Shown: positions 1-13,491 of the stretch, piece after piece | Layout of the letters: every line of letters begins with the position of its first letter | How positions within the stretch are numbered: the stretch's first letter is position 1 | DNA from: Neoechinorhynchus agilis | Taxonomy: Eukaryota > Animalia > Acanthocephala | NCBI GenBank assembly: GCA_051530055.1 | Contig: CM121342.1 | Location: 12,663,480-12,727,479 of the forward strand | Reading direction: 5' to 3' | DNA: 64,000 nucleotides | Position numbers and translations under genes: made by a program | The notes under the pieces: generated by a model | Database searches by the model: none | Told to the model about the DNA's origin: nothing | The model's input: only the letters and a program-made list of their open reading frames with translations

Positions 1-3000
1 TTACTTGATTGGATAAAGAAACTCTGGAGTCACTGCTTTTTTGGAATAAAGCCTTAAAATCACTACGATTATACACCGATCAGAGGTTCACCCCACCTAC
101 TTTGATCATCAGTCACCTTAATCTTTCTAATGAACGACCCTCTGCATGAACATTGATAGATGAAGGAGTCTTGAATGTAAGCTACATAGATCGCGGATAA
201 GGACAACTCAAGTGCGCAAACTGCAGACGTTTTTGGTGCTAGACACCTAATCATTGTTTTAGGTGTATACTCAATAGATTGATCTCGAGATACCATTTTA
301 TAACCGTGTTCACGCCACATCCAAATACAAACAACACCGTCAACTGAGCCTGTAATGAAGTATCGATCTTTTAAGGCTTTTACAAAAGTCACGTGGTCCA
401 TGTGAGCATAGAGAACCTTTGATAGTTCAACTTTAGCAAGATGCGGATTATTTCGATTAATCTCAAAAATCCGAGCACTCATATCCCAGTAACCAACGAT
501 TACCAAATGAGATGAATCTATCATGGCACATAGCGATTGATTTGATTGACTCAACATATCAGTGTAGTTCTCTCATACACTATAAGCCTCGTATGTGAGA
601 ATCTTCTGATTTAAAGAGTTGAATAATCCACTGTTTAAGATAAGACGTCGATTCGTACACTCATTTGAATTGTTCAGAATAGGATCAGGGTTAATAGGTA
701 ACCGCTGTTCTTCTACTCCAGCAAAGAGTTGAGCTAATCTCTTTCCAGCCGATTGATTCGAATCATAAGCTGATGACGGATGATGATAAGGATTTATTGA
801 TAACTCAAGTTTTGAAGACAGCGTCAGGATATAAGGTTCTTTTTCAAGTAAAGTCTCGACGAAGACGATGGGCGTGGAAGACGGAAAACTGAGAACAGTA
901 CACGACTCAGCGTCACTTGGTTCGAATTCAAATGGACCTTTGTTTTGAAGAGATAAGCGCGGTGGATGTGGAACTGAAATGATTGGATTAAAGGATTTGT
1001 ATCCGAACTGGTAGTCTATCCATTGATGCAGTTGGCATGATGTAAACTGCGATTCAAGAGCGAACCGATTCAAGAATATAAACTCTTCCTTCGATGATGC
1101 CCATGGAGGTAGCTCCATTCCAGCAAGAATACCTGAACTGGTAAAAAATTGAGGAATAAGTTCACCATTATGACTGCAAGTCTGAGTGATGCACTTTGTC
1201 CAATAATAAGCAATGGACTGTTTTACCAAATCACACGGTTGATCCATTTATGCTATCTTTACTGGAGCATGACAGTAATTATAGGAGCCTGCATTCATCT
1301 ACCCTAACCGCTAAGCGCCTGTTATTTTCTAAAATCAGCTCAAAAATTAGACGAATTAACCTTAGTTCAAATTTAATGACATAAATCCTAAGCCTAAATA
1401 TGAAATGCATATTTTGAAATTTATATGGAAGGTTTACGATTTAGCTTTAATAATTGGTATTTTGAATCTAATGATTTACAACGATAAAAGGTATTTAAGG
1501 ATATACTTAAGTGTCAGCAAATTGTGATGGTGACTGAGAATGTTAATTGTCACTTATCAGGAAAATCGTACTAGCTTCACAATCGAACGCTAAGAATCAC
1601 CATGTTAAAAATAAAATGTACATTATATTCGCATAAAAAGCGAAGGGTAAAATAAAAGTGGACCAACTGTATTACATTCGATTTCAACCATTCATCGATC
1701 AAATCATAGTATTCCTCACTTTCTGTTTGTTCTTCATTCAAGCCAGGTAATCTGCTAAACGGTTTCGATAAATCTCGGAACGCATCTGGAGTTCTTAAGT
1801 TAATAGTAGGACTTTCATAATCAATTATAATCCATGGAAGTATTGGATAATGCTCAGTATTTTGCATACTCCTTTCGGAAATTGTGTTTAAAAACATCAA
1901 GTAGTCAAAATTGGAAACACGGTAATGCTGCCATTTTTCAGTCATTGCGGATCGCTTAAATAACAAATCAGAAGAAAAGAAGCAAGATTCTCTGCTTCGT
2001 GGAATACCATATCCGTCAAATAAACCGACGTCCGGCAACGCAGAAACAACTATTTGACAATAATCAGACTTTGAAAATTTAATTAAAATTGAGCCTGTTT
2101 TTATTGGGAAAATAATGTTGTAAGAAAACAAATGTACTTACTTGCAGAGTCGTAGAATATCTCAAGCGCATCCTTCGAATGCTGGCAGGATCTACTTAAA
2201 ATCATCGTTATTTGATCGAATTCAATGTGCTTAATGCATTCGGCGTTTTTCTACAACTGTATTGATAAGCAGAATAGAAGAAGATCAAACAAACTTTATC
2301 TTTTATTAAGATACTGTTTTCATTAATCCAAATAATAGCGATGGTCGTTTTGAACGGCTCTATCAGATTGCAATAACTACAGTATTTTACGAGTCCGTCT
2401 AAAATGTCGAAGCAAATATATGAGATTGACGACTTATGACTCCATTATTAAGAAAAAATAATTTGAAATTCCATAAAGAAGGTAAACAAATTGCCATTAA
2501 ATAGCGTTAATTTTTCACAGTCAATTCAATAATCGCCATGTTTAACTAATGGCGAGTCACATAAAGGCTATATATTCCTAACTGTAGATTTCGCAAACTT
2601 TATTTTCCAACACTCATATCGTTACCACTTCCGAAAATCGCATAAGATGCATATTTTAAGGCTACGATCATTTCTGTGCTAAGTAAGAGCAAATACTTTG
2701 TACTTAATATTCGACAAAAGCGGAATAGGATTTTGATTTGACGATAAGTGTGGTTTTTGATTGATAATCAGGGAACGAATACGCACCATTTAAATGATTC
2801 ATTAATCCATCGTTCATTTGAATATTCATAAAATTCGACATTTCAGTATACTTGTTAATAGTTTTTCCTAGATCGGGCGGTAATGGATTAACGGTGGATT
2901 TGATGGTATCACACGTAACAAAATCGAGAAAATGTTCATTTATCCCGAACTTTGTGGTCCGCTCATTAGCTAGCATGGTACATTGATCAAGAAAATCCCG

Positions 3001-6000
3001 GTGTTGTCGATCGAGGTCTGCGTTTTGCTTGTTAAAAATGAAATCGGCTTCATTTGATACTCGACTTAAATTGTTTCTATAGTCCCAATCAAGCAACCTG
3101 CCTTCGTTGACTAGGGCAACAAACGCTGCTCCAGCATATTTTTGAAGAGCAGCTTGCCATTCTTGTGAACAAAGTAGCATCACAAGCGCTACGCTGCTAT
3201 AGTTGTGAGTTTTCAACGACTGAAGACCTATTTAAGTATCTTTACAGCAAATACAATAAGAAGGGTGGAAGCTAACCTGTTTTAAATAGATCTTGCCCAT
3301 GAGTACTTAGCAGAGTGTGATCGAGAAGATGTGAATATTCAATAAGTATATCGTTTATAAATGATCCACAAATGCTAAACGTCTTGTCGATTCCAGACAA
3401 TGGTTCTTCAAAGTGATTGCCGGAGCATGATTTCGTGCTATCAGAAATAATACGACGATATTTCGAAACCATGAGTATTGAAAAGAAATAAAGAATAGAA
3501 AGAAGCATTGAACGTGCTTGTTTTGAGTCTCCAACCTCTCTGTATATCAAATTCCTGAATCTACATGTGTCCCGACCACAGACTATACCGTCCCGTTTAC
3601 CAATTATTCTCATGTACGCATCCATTAATTTTCCTTCTCTTAATAGATCAACCAAATCGACTAGAAGAAGGTCAGATGGGTCATTAATGTTGTCGTAGTG
3701 AGCATCGGAAACATTTTCGCCCTCGGAATGAGACAATCTCTTTAAATGAGCACAATTCCACAGAGCATTGAAGATATAGAATCTTAGAAATTGCCGAATG
3801 ATAATGCCGGATTCTTTTTCTCGTTCCTTTTCAACTTTTGTAAACAGTGCTGTATTTTGAGTGCTCAAGAGGCACACGTCAACCAACGGAGAAAGGAGCT
3901 CAATCATGGATGCGATTGCCTCTCGACTAAATTCTTTGGATTCGCACATTTGAGTTATGTCTTTATCTGTGTCATCAACGAATGCTGCCAAGATTGTTAT
4001 AAGTCCTCCCTGAGGAGCAATGGAACCTATTAGTAGCTCTATCATCACGCTAAGAACATGAATTACGTTCAATGCGAACGTGCGATTGGTATTAAGTGAC
4101 AAATATTCGCTTAGATCGTCAGCCTTCACCAGATCATCCGAAATTAGGCGAAAAATCAATCGATTGATAGCATGATGCTGACTACTCAACACAAATTTAA
4201 AATTGCCTCTAGGTTTACCCAATTCCTTTTTTTGATGTTGACATTTCAGGTTATTGATGACTGACATTGTATCTATCCATACCCTCCAACCAGCGACTTC
4301 GTACTTTAGTGCCTGATAAACCAGTGTTGATAAAAGTTTATGCAGCTCGCCATTGTCAGCTTCTTCGTTGAAATTCATAAATGAACTTATCGTATACTGC
4401 CATATCCCAATTCTAAGTATGGCACGACCGTTTTCCGGGGTTTGTACACATAGTAACAAAAGATAATGGATGAATTCGTTAGACAGCTTTAAGCGAACTT
4501 CATCGAGTGAGCCAGTTTGAAATAGGCGACATATAGGGACCACCAACTCTATAAATACGAGCAAATGAAATTTGAAAACATTGGACGAGTTCACTGACCT
4601 CGATTTTCAATCAGCGCCTTGGTCGGCATATGATCGATTGCACGAGCATCAATATTTTGCTCAGTTATTGAATCAGTCAACATCTAAAGAAAGGGTTGTT
4701 ACTCATTTTAGTCAAGAACGACATTTGAAATGGGAAGAGGTCAAGAATTCTTAAATTCGGCAACAAAAACGGTGTTTATGCCGATATTACAATGTGTACC
4801 TAAACACTAACATCTAATGGAAGTTACTCAAAGCCAACTCCGTTCATGTACAAGAAAAATTCCAAAAAGTCGACCATACGAGAAAATACGTTACCGCCTC
4901 TGATTGAGGACCACATGCACAAATATGCTACTTAGCAATGATTTTCTCCAAAACTAACAATTGGTAATATTTGAATCAAACATTGATTTCTTTGAATTAA
5001 GCTGGAAACACTTGCGTGGTCGCTATAATAAATTGTAGAGGGATGCGCCAGATTATGTACAATATTGCGTTCATATCAAATTGATGAATTATAATAATTT
5101 TTCTGTTAAAGTGTGCTTTTCGAAAAGTTCTTGATAGCGATAAAAATGTCGACATTGAACCAAAAATTTAAGAATATAATCGAGCTCACCTGAAAAAGTA
5201 AATAAGTCGCATCAGTAAGAAATTTGCCTGACTCATGCTGACTTTTACCGTTGATCATCCGCACTAAAAGACTGAACAAGTAGCTGGAACCAATAACATT
5301 CTGCTTCCGAGCAATTGTACTTCGTTTTAGAAACAATCCAATCACCATGATGGATTTAATGAAGATCGGGGGACAGGGTTGTCTATTCAAAATTAGCATT
5401 ATTGTTTTGATAGCGCCAGTGGACTCAAAAGCCGGAACAATTGTCTTCGGCGAATCACAAATCGCGTCGAAAATAAGTTGAACAATATGCTCAATCGCTC
5501 GGTCGTCTTGTCGACTATTGGCTGATTCGCAAAGTGCAAGAACAGCGTTTAGGGATCGATGGCAACTCTGCATACAGGAACAACAGACAAAATATCTTAG
5601 AGAAAGAAGTTGAAGATGAATGATTTCTGGGTCCATATCGATATTCATACTTTCTCTGTGAAAACAGCGTAGAAGAAGGTGCACAATATGAGATCGATGA
5701 TCGGACTCGAAGGAATCTAATAGTTTAATTGATCGAGCATCTAATATCATTGAAACGATTGTTTGATAGATTTCTTTTTGAACCGATTTCCTAATCTTCT
5801 GCTGCACAACTGAGTTCAAAAGACATTCACTCATTACAGAGAATAAAGTGAATTTATAATATTCACTATTCTCGTCCTTTTTTATTATCATGCTGCAAAG
5901 TTTAATAAGCGCCCGTATTCCCAAAAGCTGTTCATTGTTTGAAAGCGCGATAATAGATGCACAAATCAATTTAAACCCTTGAGAACCTTGGAATTGATGG

Positions 6001-8333
6001 CCGAAATTGAAAGAAGCATTTAAAAGTGTGACGTAGATGTTTATAAGTTCCAATGAGAAAGCTGGATTGGTTATATTATTAATGTGAATCCTCATCAGCA
6101 ATTTTAAATTTGATTGGTTTGCATGGAGGCAGTGATATATAGACGAGGATCGTACTCGTATAATATCAGGCGACATTCCAGTGAGCTGAGCGTGTTGTCC
6201 ATTTGAGAGGAAGGAGAATGCTTTATGGTGAGCAGGTAGCATTTGTAGAAGAAGACTGTCCTCCATGCACGAGGAATTGTAAGCGAAAATAATTGATTGG
6301 TATGGATTCCGATTAGATACTGCCTTTTTGAAGAATTTAGAAATTAATATGGAGATCATAAATACCTTTTTTTGCAATCGTGGTGGAGTCTGATTATTTG
6401 GATTCAGTTTAAATTCAAGAATACCCTATAAGAGCCATGAAAGTGAGGGGTTTCTAAATAAAAATCAAACCCTATAACCAGGACCGAGATCATAAATATG
6501 CTTAATGATCTCTTTCTCGAGACATGTTGAGAACATATAGAATGCCGATATGGCACCTATCAATGAATCGTTTTCTTCATCGCATTGTGCGCCTGGTAGA
6601 GGCAACGAGCATCCCAAACTAATTCTATCGATTTTTTCGATTGATACATGCAGCATGGTGTTTATTGTGGCTCGTCCCACATGTTCGTTGTTGAGGTAAC
6701 AATCAATTGTCGACTGATTTGTCCATTGATTAGAGTTGTGGTTGATTGTTAATAGGTACCACTACAAGGAAATTAATGATTTTCGCAAAACGATACGTTC
6801 ATCACGAGCAAACTATATTGCTTGCAGGAACGTATCTCAATATTTTTTCCCAAATTACACATTAATAACTCAAAATTAGTGAGGGCATTTCTTAGGAGTT
6901 TCTACATTTGATGCTGATTTCAAATTCAATAACGGTTTCTTGTGGCTTTTGAAACCGCAAACCAGAGTGACAGCGGGTAAATGACATTCTTATAAATGTG
7001 CTTTTCAGGTAGTAAAAATTGCTTTGCATATCTTGGATGATACATATTTCAGCTTCGATTGGCACATTTCAATATTAGCTGCCGTAAAATTATGAATTCG
7101 ATGAACTAAAGTTAATCACTCTTCCTTAATGATTTTAATAATCGCAACAATCATTTACCCATTCAATCTTATAGCGTTAATACTATTAATAACCAAGTAA
7201 AAATCGAATGAAGGAGACTAGCCGCACCGGGAGTTTTAGGACTAAATGAATGATTTAATGCGAATTCTAGATTTCCATGATCTAAACACTAAAGTACTAC
7301 GTTAATCAGCAAAGTATAGTATATCATCTAAAGTTTCGATCGTTTAAAAGCAAGACGCATTATACCTTTCGAGGTATCAATTCCTTTTGTATACAAAAAT
7401 TCAACAATTTGGTATTCCTTTTTCGCCGCCTGCAATAATAGAAAAGGGTAAAGCAATTCCCAAATATTCTGCAAGCATAATCCACTGCTTTTGCTGAGGC
7501 GAATCTAGATGAAATTTTATTAATAGCTTCCTCGGCAAAGTTATAGAACTTACCTATAAACTATAGGTTTTACATTCTCAAAAATCCAATCATTTGGTGT
7601 ATCAACGAGGACCCAAATGCAAAACGCAAATGTCATTGGAAGTGATTTCAACGCAGGAAGTTTAATACCAGCACCTCGTCTTCCTGTAAATAGAATATAA
7701 TCGTTCACCACATTTGCATTAGCGGCAACGTTCAGGAGTCGAAGGCATTCAATGTGTTCAGAATTAAGCAATGCCTCGAAATGATCCTCCGTGCAATTAA
7801 TTTTTAATATCTGGACTAATATAGACTTCGCATGCTTTCGCAATTCATCCGAACATCCCCGCTTGAAGTATCGTACAAGGCATTTAAATATATTTAGATT
7901 CTTAGAAAGTATCCAAGCATTAGCCAATGTCCGGTTTAAGCACTGATTTAATTGGTCGAGAAAAGATACCTTTAAGCAAAAAATAATACGTTGGTGGTCA
8001 TAAATGCCATAAAATCACAATCACTTACGTACCTGAACATTGAGAGCTAAAGCTTCCAATAAACCCGATGAAATATTTTCAATTTCCCCTTCATTTACGA
8101 TCAATTGTGGTGAGTGTGACGAATCACCTTTTTCGATTCGGGGAAATGCCTAATGATTTCTTGAATATTTTTGTACATTTGAGAATGCGTACCGCTCCAA
8201 GCATGACCCTGGCTGTTTCATATGGATTCCGACTTTCCTTATGACTAACGACATCGCAAAGGAGGTTGTCCACTGTACAGACGACTTGAGTCAAATGTTC
8301 AACTGTCTTTTCAACATTCAGCGCAATTGCCAT
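1..8333 (-). CDS. NBEA: Neurobeachin/LRBA-like BEACH-domain protein (multi-exon: ConA-like, DUF1088-like, PH, BEACH, WD40)
   Basis: Motifs in order on minus strand: LCSQEWQAALQKYAGAAFVALVNEGRLL, GWRVWIDTM, WQHYRVSNFDYLMFLNTI..YPILPW..FRDLSKP, ELIPQF..LPPWA..ALESQFTSCQLHQWIDYQFGYK, GYWD. Many joins resolve as GT-AG introns (e.g. 6324-6365, 6426-6470). ATG 8333 and stop 1-3 are inferred; the BEACH domain is divergent and some joins are unresolved. Confidence 0.9.
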
Positions 8334-9295
8334 CCTAAGGGACAAATCATTAGCGGTGAGTGTGGAGCGATGTGTGGCATTAATGACTTACAAGTTTGGT
8401 AGCGTTGAAGTGTTGCTTGTATACGCATTCTCGCTTACTCAGCGTCAGTTAGAAAGTCATTTTTAAAGGAATGAGAAAAAGATGTGTGTACGCATTTTGC
8501 CGAGTCTCAATTGCTGCAATGTAGTAGATCATGGAGAATTCCACTAAAGCATGTGAACGCAATTTTTTATGAGTGATGCCCACTATACGAGCACCGTTCA
8601 GTAGCTATCGTGAAATTGTTCAATTTATGTATAAGTATATCAATATTTCAGTCCAAGACAGTGAAAAGACCCGAGATGAAAATTTGGCAGTTTACCGAAA
8701 AAATTCTATTAGCAAAAAAAGGGTGCAACATATTTAAAAAGCAAAAATTGTTCTTTTACACTATGAGCATTATAATCAATGAAATATTGACATTGCAACT
8801 GAGTATAGTGGCTAGCAGACAATTATACGCTGCAGCGCAGGATTGAGTACTTATAATTCGCTAAATGTATTCCTCTGATATTCGTTAGGTCATAATACGA
8901 TTACATCCATTCCGATAAGAAATGTTAAGATTACTAAGGTCGATGAACCACTTAGTTTACGGTTAAAAGTACGGCACTCGAGAGATATCGACGGCAAAAG
9001 GAAAATCACGTGGAACAAAAATTATTTTAGACTTTTTTATAGCGAATTATAATAATTTATTTATTTGTGAGCCATAAACACGGTATTTCGGGCCCAAGAA
9101 TTGAAACCTCAGCCAGTTTCTCTTAAAATGATTTTTCATTTTTGCTCAGTATATGGACCATCGCATATAAAAGTCGCGATTTTTTAGGGCCCATCAAATT
9201 TTATTTGTTAAAGTATAAAACGTGCAATCACCACCGTCCGCAAAATTGGAGCTTCTCTCCTTCCTCGGCTGTATTTCGGAACCTCGATAATCAAT

Positions 9296-10341
9296 TCACA
9301 GACCCATGAAATACAAAATATCCTCAGCCATAACTTTAATGACCAGGATATATAGGATATGCTCGACCACTCTAAGCAGGGAAACTGAACTCAAAAAAGT
9401 AACTGACGTACTAAGAAGAGGTTTTCCTGAATGGGTCTTAAAATTGGCAAGGAGACGAGCACGTGGTATCGCTTCTAACAATGTAACCAGACTAAGATCC
9501 GAAAATCGCATATTTCTGGGGATCAGATTTGTGGATGACACAACCCTGCATTCAGATTGCTTTAAATCCTGATCAAAATTTCTCAAATCAATGAAAAACG
9601 AACGTCGGCAAAACCCCTGATGGACTCTCGAAGTAAAAACAACATCTAATATAACCAAAGAAAAATCGTGTCCATGCCAACTTAAATTGGCAACTAATTT
9701 CCTGCTTTATTCTGGTACAAATTTATCCTTCGCGAATCCAAGGATTAGTATTCTGTATTCTGACAAAACGAGATTTGATTACTGTTTGCAGAATTTGTCA
9801 TACTTGATTCCACATTGTCAAGAATAAAATTCATTAGAACAGCAATGTCCGAAGCATCGACACGGCGCATGTTTCTCCCTCGAATTATCGGCGTTGAGTA
9901 TAATGGAGCTTTTCGACGAGACTCTGGATCACGCTTCGCTGCACAAACTCCGGTTTTCTCGTTCCTTTGGAAAATCGATTTACGATCTGAATTTTCTGTT
10001 TTTTTTGTGTGCTCAGTACTATTTGGTGACTCATATTTTTTAGGACGTGAAAGTCTATCGACTAATTTCTGAATTTTCGGAGACAATGGTGCATCTCGAT
10101 GAATATAAATCTCAGTTTTAATGCTTTTTCTTGTCGTTTGCTTTGGAAGAGAAGGGTTTACACTTCTTCTACTGACATTTGTCTCCTGATTCGAGCATAT
10201 ATAGTTTTTTCTCCAACGTGCTTCCTTTGCTTCAATCGCTTCTACCAATTTTTGGTGCCGTTCTCTCTCCAACGCTTGCTTGCGAGCTATAACTCTTTCC
10301 ATTTTTTCATTGTAAGTACTTCTGGTCAGTGTTCTGTTCAT
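9296..10341 (-). CDS. Possible MAP7/ensconsin-like coiled-coil protein (3' exons uncertain)
   Basis: ORF 9745-10431 from ATG 10341: charged coiled coil MERVIARKQALERERHQKLVEAIEAKEARW, then a basic S/P-rich region with KLVDRLSRPKK. Family call is by resemblance only. Confidence 0.35.
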
Positions 10342-11050
10342 CCTTAAAGAAAAAAGTGTTCGATTTATCAAACTTAAAAGTATCAAAATGACTGCTAGTG
10401 CAACAGCAGCGCAGGTGCAGTAACACGACAACGTAAATCAATTTTTTGGTTGCACTATAACGTTTCGTTAACGGGAAACGGTTAAAGTTCGAATGGTTAA
10501 TGCACAAATACTTTGTATTTCCGATATTATTGATTATATGACGAGTTTGAAGATTTTGTTCGAAGCTCAGTTTAACGACCTTTCGTAACATGGAATGACT
10601 TGAGACACGCGAACAAAATCACTGTCTGAACTTAAAAAAATAGATCCTTGGTAAATTAACGGTTTTCTGATGATGTCACCCTTCTGTGCATTTTAGTTGG
10701 CCTTTTAAATCCAAAGTATTTCAACCACTCGTCTTACTCTTATTTGAAGAGCAATTAAAGGAAATCGATTATTGCATTCTCTACTAAATATGCTCAACCG
10801 AAGTCAAAATAACACCTTCGAATGACCAGGAAATGATCAATTATAAGATAGCTATGAAATGAATTGAGTGCGAAAATCCATACGAAATCTAGATTGTAAT
10901 TTTCTGGCACACTGGGCGGACTGATTTATTTTTCGTCGGCAAGATAGTTGACTTTCCAGCGAATAACTTAACTAAAGTCCATTTATTGATGTTAAAATCG
11001 AAAAACTTATACCGGGCAAAACTGGCGACGCTTGTACATTCTGCAGCTGG

Positions 11051-11183
11051 GCGGGGGTGGTCAAGTGGACTTGTGCTCTGGATCCCCCTTTCAGGGTCAA
11101 AGGGTTCGAATCCACGATCGCCGATGACGCATAACCAAAGGGGACGAAATACAGCTGGAGGAAGGAAACTCGCTGGTACAAAC
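11051..11183 (+). mobile_element. tRNA-derived SINE family A, copy 1
   Basis: A-box-like TGGTCAAGTGG and B-box GGTTCGAATCC, followed by body ..AACCAAAGGGGACGAAATAC.. shared with three other copies. Confidence 0.75.
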
Positions 11184-11299
11184 TTATAACTGTACGGTCA
11201 TTGGCATTGAACGCAGATCAGTGATTCCCTCGCCGTGGCTTAGCCGGTTGCGTTTCTTCGATTTTGGTGTATGGCATTGAGCGCAGATCAGTGATTCCC

Positions 11300-12342
11300 T
11301 CACCAAAACCAGTGGGCTGTATGTCCATAATTCAGTTGTGTGACCTCGGATCACTGCACCGTCCTCCTTAGACCAATTGTCCCTCCGAAGCGACAGTCCT
11401 CCGACCCTTTCCCGATCTTGAATAAACGTGAGCATCACTCTCACTCCTTCAACAAGGTAAGTGATGCCCTACCCGGAATCCGAAGTTCTATATGCAGCAA
11501 CGACCCGTCTGAAGCCATGGCGGCATTGCACAATACTTTAGTCCATTGCATGTCTTTCCCTCGGAAAATGATTCGTATGTCGAATCGTGATCCACCATGG
11601 TTTTCACCTTTACTAAAATATCTGCAAGACAAGGTGAAAAAATCCTTTCGCTCCCGACATCCCGATTACCCAGAACTCCACAAGAGATTCACTGAACGTG
11701 TTCGTCACCGTCATCCCCTAATCGTTCCTGGTGGTCAGCCTTTCGCCAATCTGCATAAATGTCAGCTCGAAAACACCCTCAACTCCATGAACGCTATCAT
11801 GTGCCCTTCCAAATCTTCCACTGACACAAGCGTCGTACGCCCCTGCGATGATTGTAACCATAGGTCCTGTGTTCCTCATTCACGCGTCTCCACTCTTGAG
11901 GTTCTCCTACTCCTCAAAAAACTACCACGTACATCATCCCCTAACGCTCCGATTCCCAACTGGGCCATTCGCATCATCATTTCCTTAATCTTTGAGCCTC
12001 TAGCTCCTATCATCAATTCTAGCTTGCGTTTCCTCGGAGTCAGCCCACACGATCTAGCACATTTCTATTGGTCCCCGCAATCTCATATGCATACCCAACC
12101 TTTTGCAATTTATCCACCCATCAACTGCGCTTGCTTTCCTCTCTAAATAAACGAGCCTGCAAAATTTTCTCCAAGGACCTCCCATCAATCGAAGAACACC
12201 TTTCCAAAATCTTCGATAAATACATTACCTCTCTGCGTTCCCTTCCATCTAAATTTCTCCCGTTCATCTCGCCAAGGGAACCCGTCCGAAATACGCGATG
12301 TCCGAACAGATTCTTTTTTTATTTAACGAGCTTACAAGTCTG
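11300..12342 (+). mobile_element. Decayed LINE fragment (L2/CR1-like)
   Basis: Endonuclease end SDHCTVLL, DPPWFSP, and RT-associated LIFEPLAPIINSSL; frameshifted, with the internal RT largely deleted. Confidence 0.7.
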
Positions 12343-12441
12343 ACACATACACATGGTTATGATCTTCATATAGAGTTGATTGGTCTTTCTTTTTTCTTTT
12401 CGATATCTTCTTATTCATTTGGAAGCCTTTCGGCTTAACTT

Positions 12442-12632
12442 ACACACCTCTGAGGTGCTCAGCCGCACTCGAAGGGGCAGTGCCAACCCACTTTTTTGTG
12501 GGCCTATCGGCGATCTCAAAACCTGACTCTTCCAGCAGCCTCGTACCCCAGTGGAACCCAGCGACCGGTGGCGTTGAACCATCGACATACCGAGCACATT
12601 ATGAACGCGCACACCACACGGCCACTGGGTCC
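12442..12632 (-). mobile_element. tRNA-derived SINE family B, copy 1
   Basis: About 190 nt closely similar to 44296-44492; the minus strand begins with a tRNA-like head (CCAGTGGCCGTGTGG ... GGTTCAACGCC). Confidence 0.7.
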
Positions 12633-13491
12633 CCGAGCAGATTCAATCCGCCTCTCGCTCGCACCACACTATATAAAAAATAATTTTTTGCCATCGCATA
12701 ATCAACCCATGAGTCTACGGCCTGAATCGGAGGAGAGACTCATGTACATGCGGAGACTTGTAGCTCATTCCGAATTACAATCTCAATCAAACAGCACGAA
12801 TCCAAAGATACATGGTTCCCGTGCTTGTTGGTGTCTGAAATAATAAAAAAACGTGTTATTATTATAAACAGGGATTCGGAGCACAAGTCCGCTAGATCAT
12901 CTCAGCATAACTGCGAAATGTATAAACTAAATGCATATGTTATTAGTTTGAACACCCAGGTAAAGGGGCTACGTTCAATGATGAATACGATCCGCAAATC
13001 TCAACTGCTCATGATAAAAATGGAGACTGGAAAGTATGAGCATCAGTGGCAGGAAATTTACTAAAAAAGGACTGTTCAACCGCATACGATGAGCAGAAAA
13101 GTAGTAAAATGCGAAATGATTCAACTGAGTTTATTGCGTGGGTCGTAGAAATTAGCCAAGACTTTTATCCGACAACGAAAACCCTTTATGTAACGATAAA
13201 AAATTGCATCAATTGATTGACCTATAGATTTCTATCAAAGTCGGCAAGTTAGTCTCGAATTTTAATGTGATTCCCTGCCAAGTGCGAACCCAATTTAAGC
13301 ATTTAGTTTTAATATTCCTCTTCAAAACATTACTTAAGACACACAAGGTTCCGCGCAACGCTTCAGAGAAGCTCATACAAAGCGCTATAAAAACGAGCAT
13401 ATCGCTTTTTCAAGGTGTCGCTTTACAAAATATATCGAAACACTAATTGGTAGCATACGGTCGCATTTGCTTAAAACTCTTCTTCGGTATA

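Noticed and set aside
573-575. Stop-codon reassignment or readthrough to explain in-frame stops (also 59448-59468)
   Set aside because: Several gaps shift frame, stops of all three types occur, Trp is encoded by TGG, and readthrough would add residues to conserved motifs.
5000-5110. Apparent neurobeachin exon (YERNIVHNLAHP) needing a non-canonical join
   Set aside because: A better-matching exon (MLTDSITEQ..IENR, about 4600-4690) joins through ordinary GT-AG sites, so this region is intronic.
8124-8250. Out-of-phase junction in the first neurobeachin exons
   Set aside because: GTTAGT...TCATTAG gives an in-frame canonical intron.
11051-11125. Functional tRNA genes at the SINE heads (also 25218, 39660, 12632, 44492)
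   Set aside because: A and B boxes are present but the cloverleaf is poor, the copies diverge, and each continues into a shared non-tRNA body.
11198-11300. Short direct repeat pair as a CRISPR-like array
   Set aside because: Only two copies, eukaryotic context, no cas genes; a local duplication beside a LINE.
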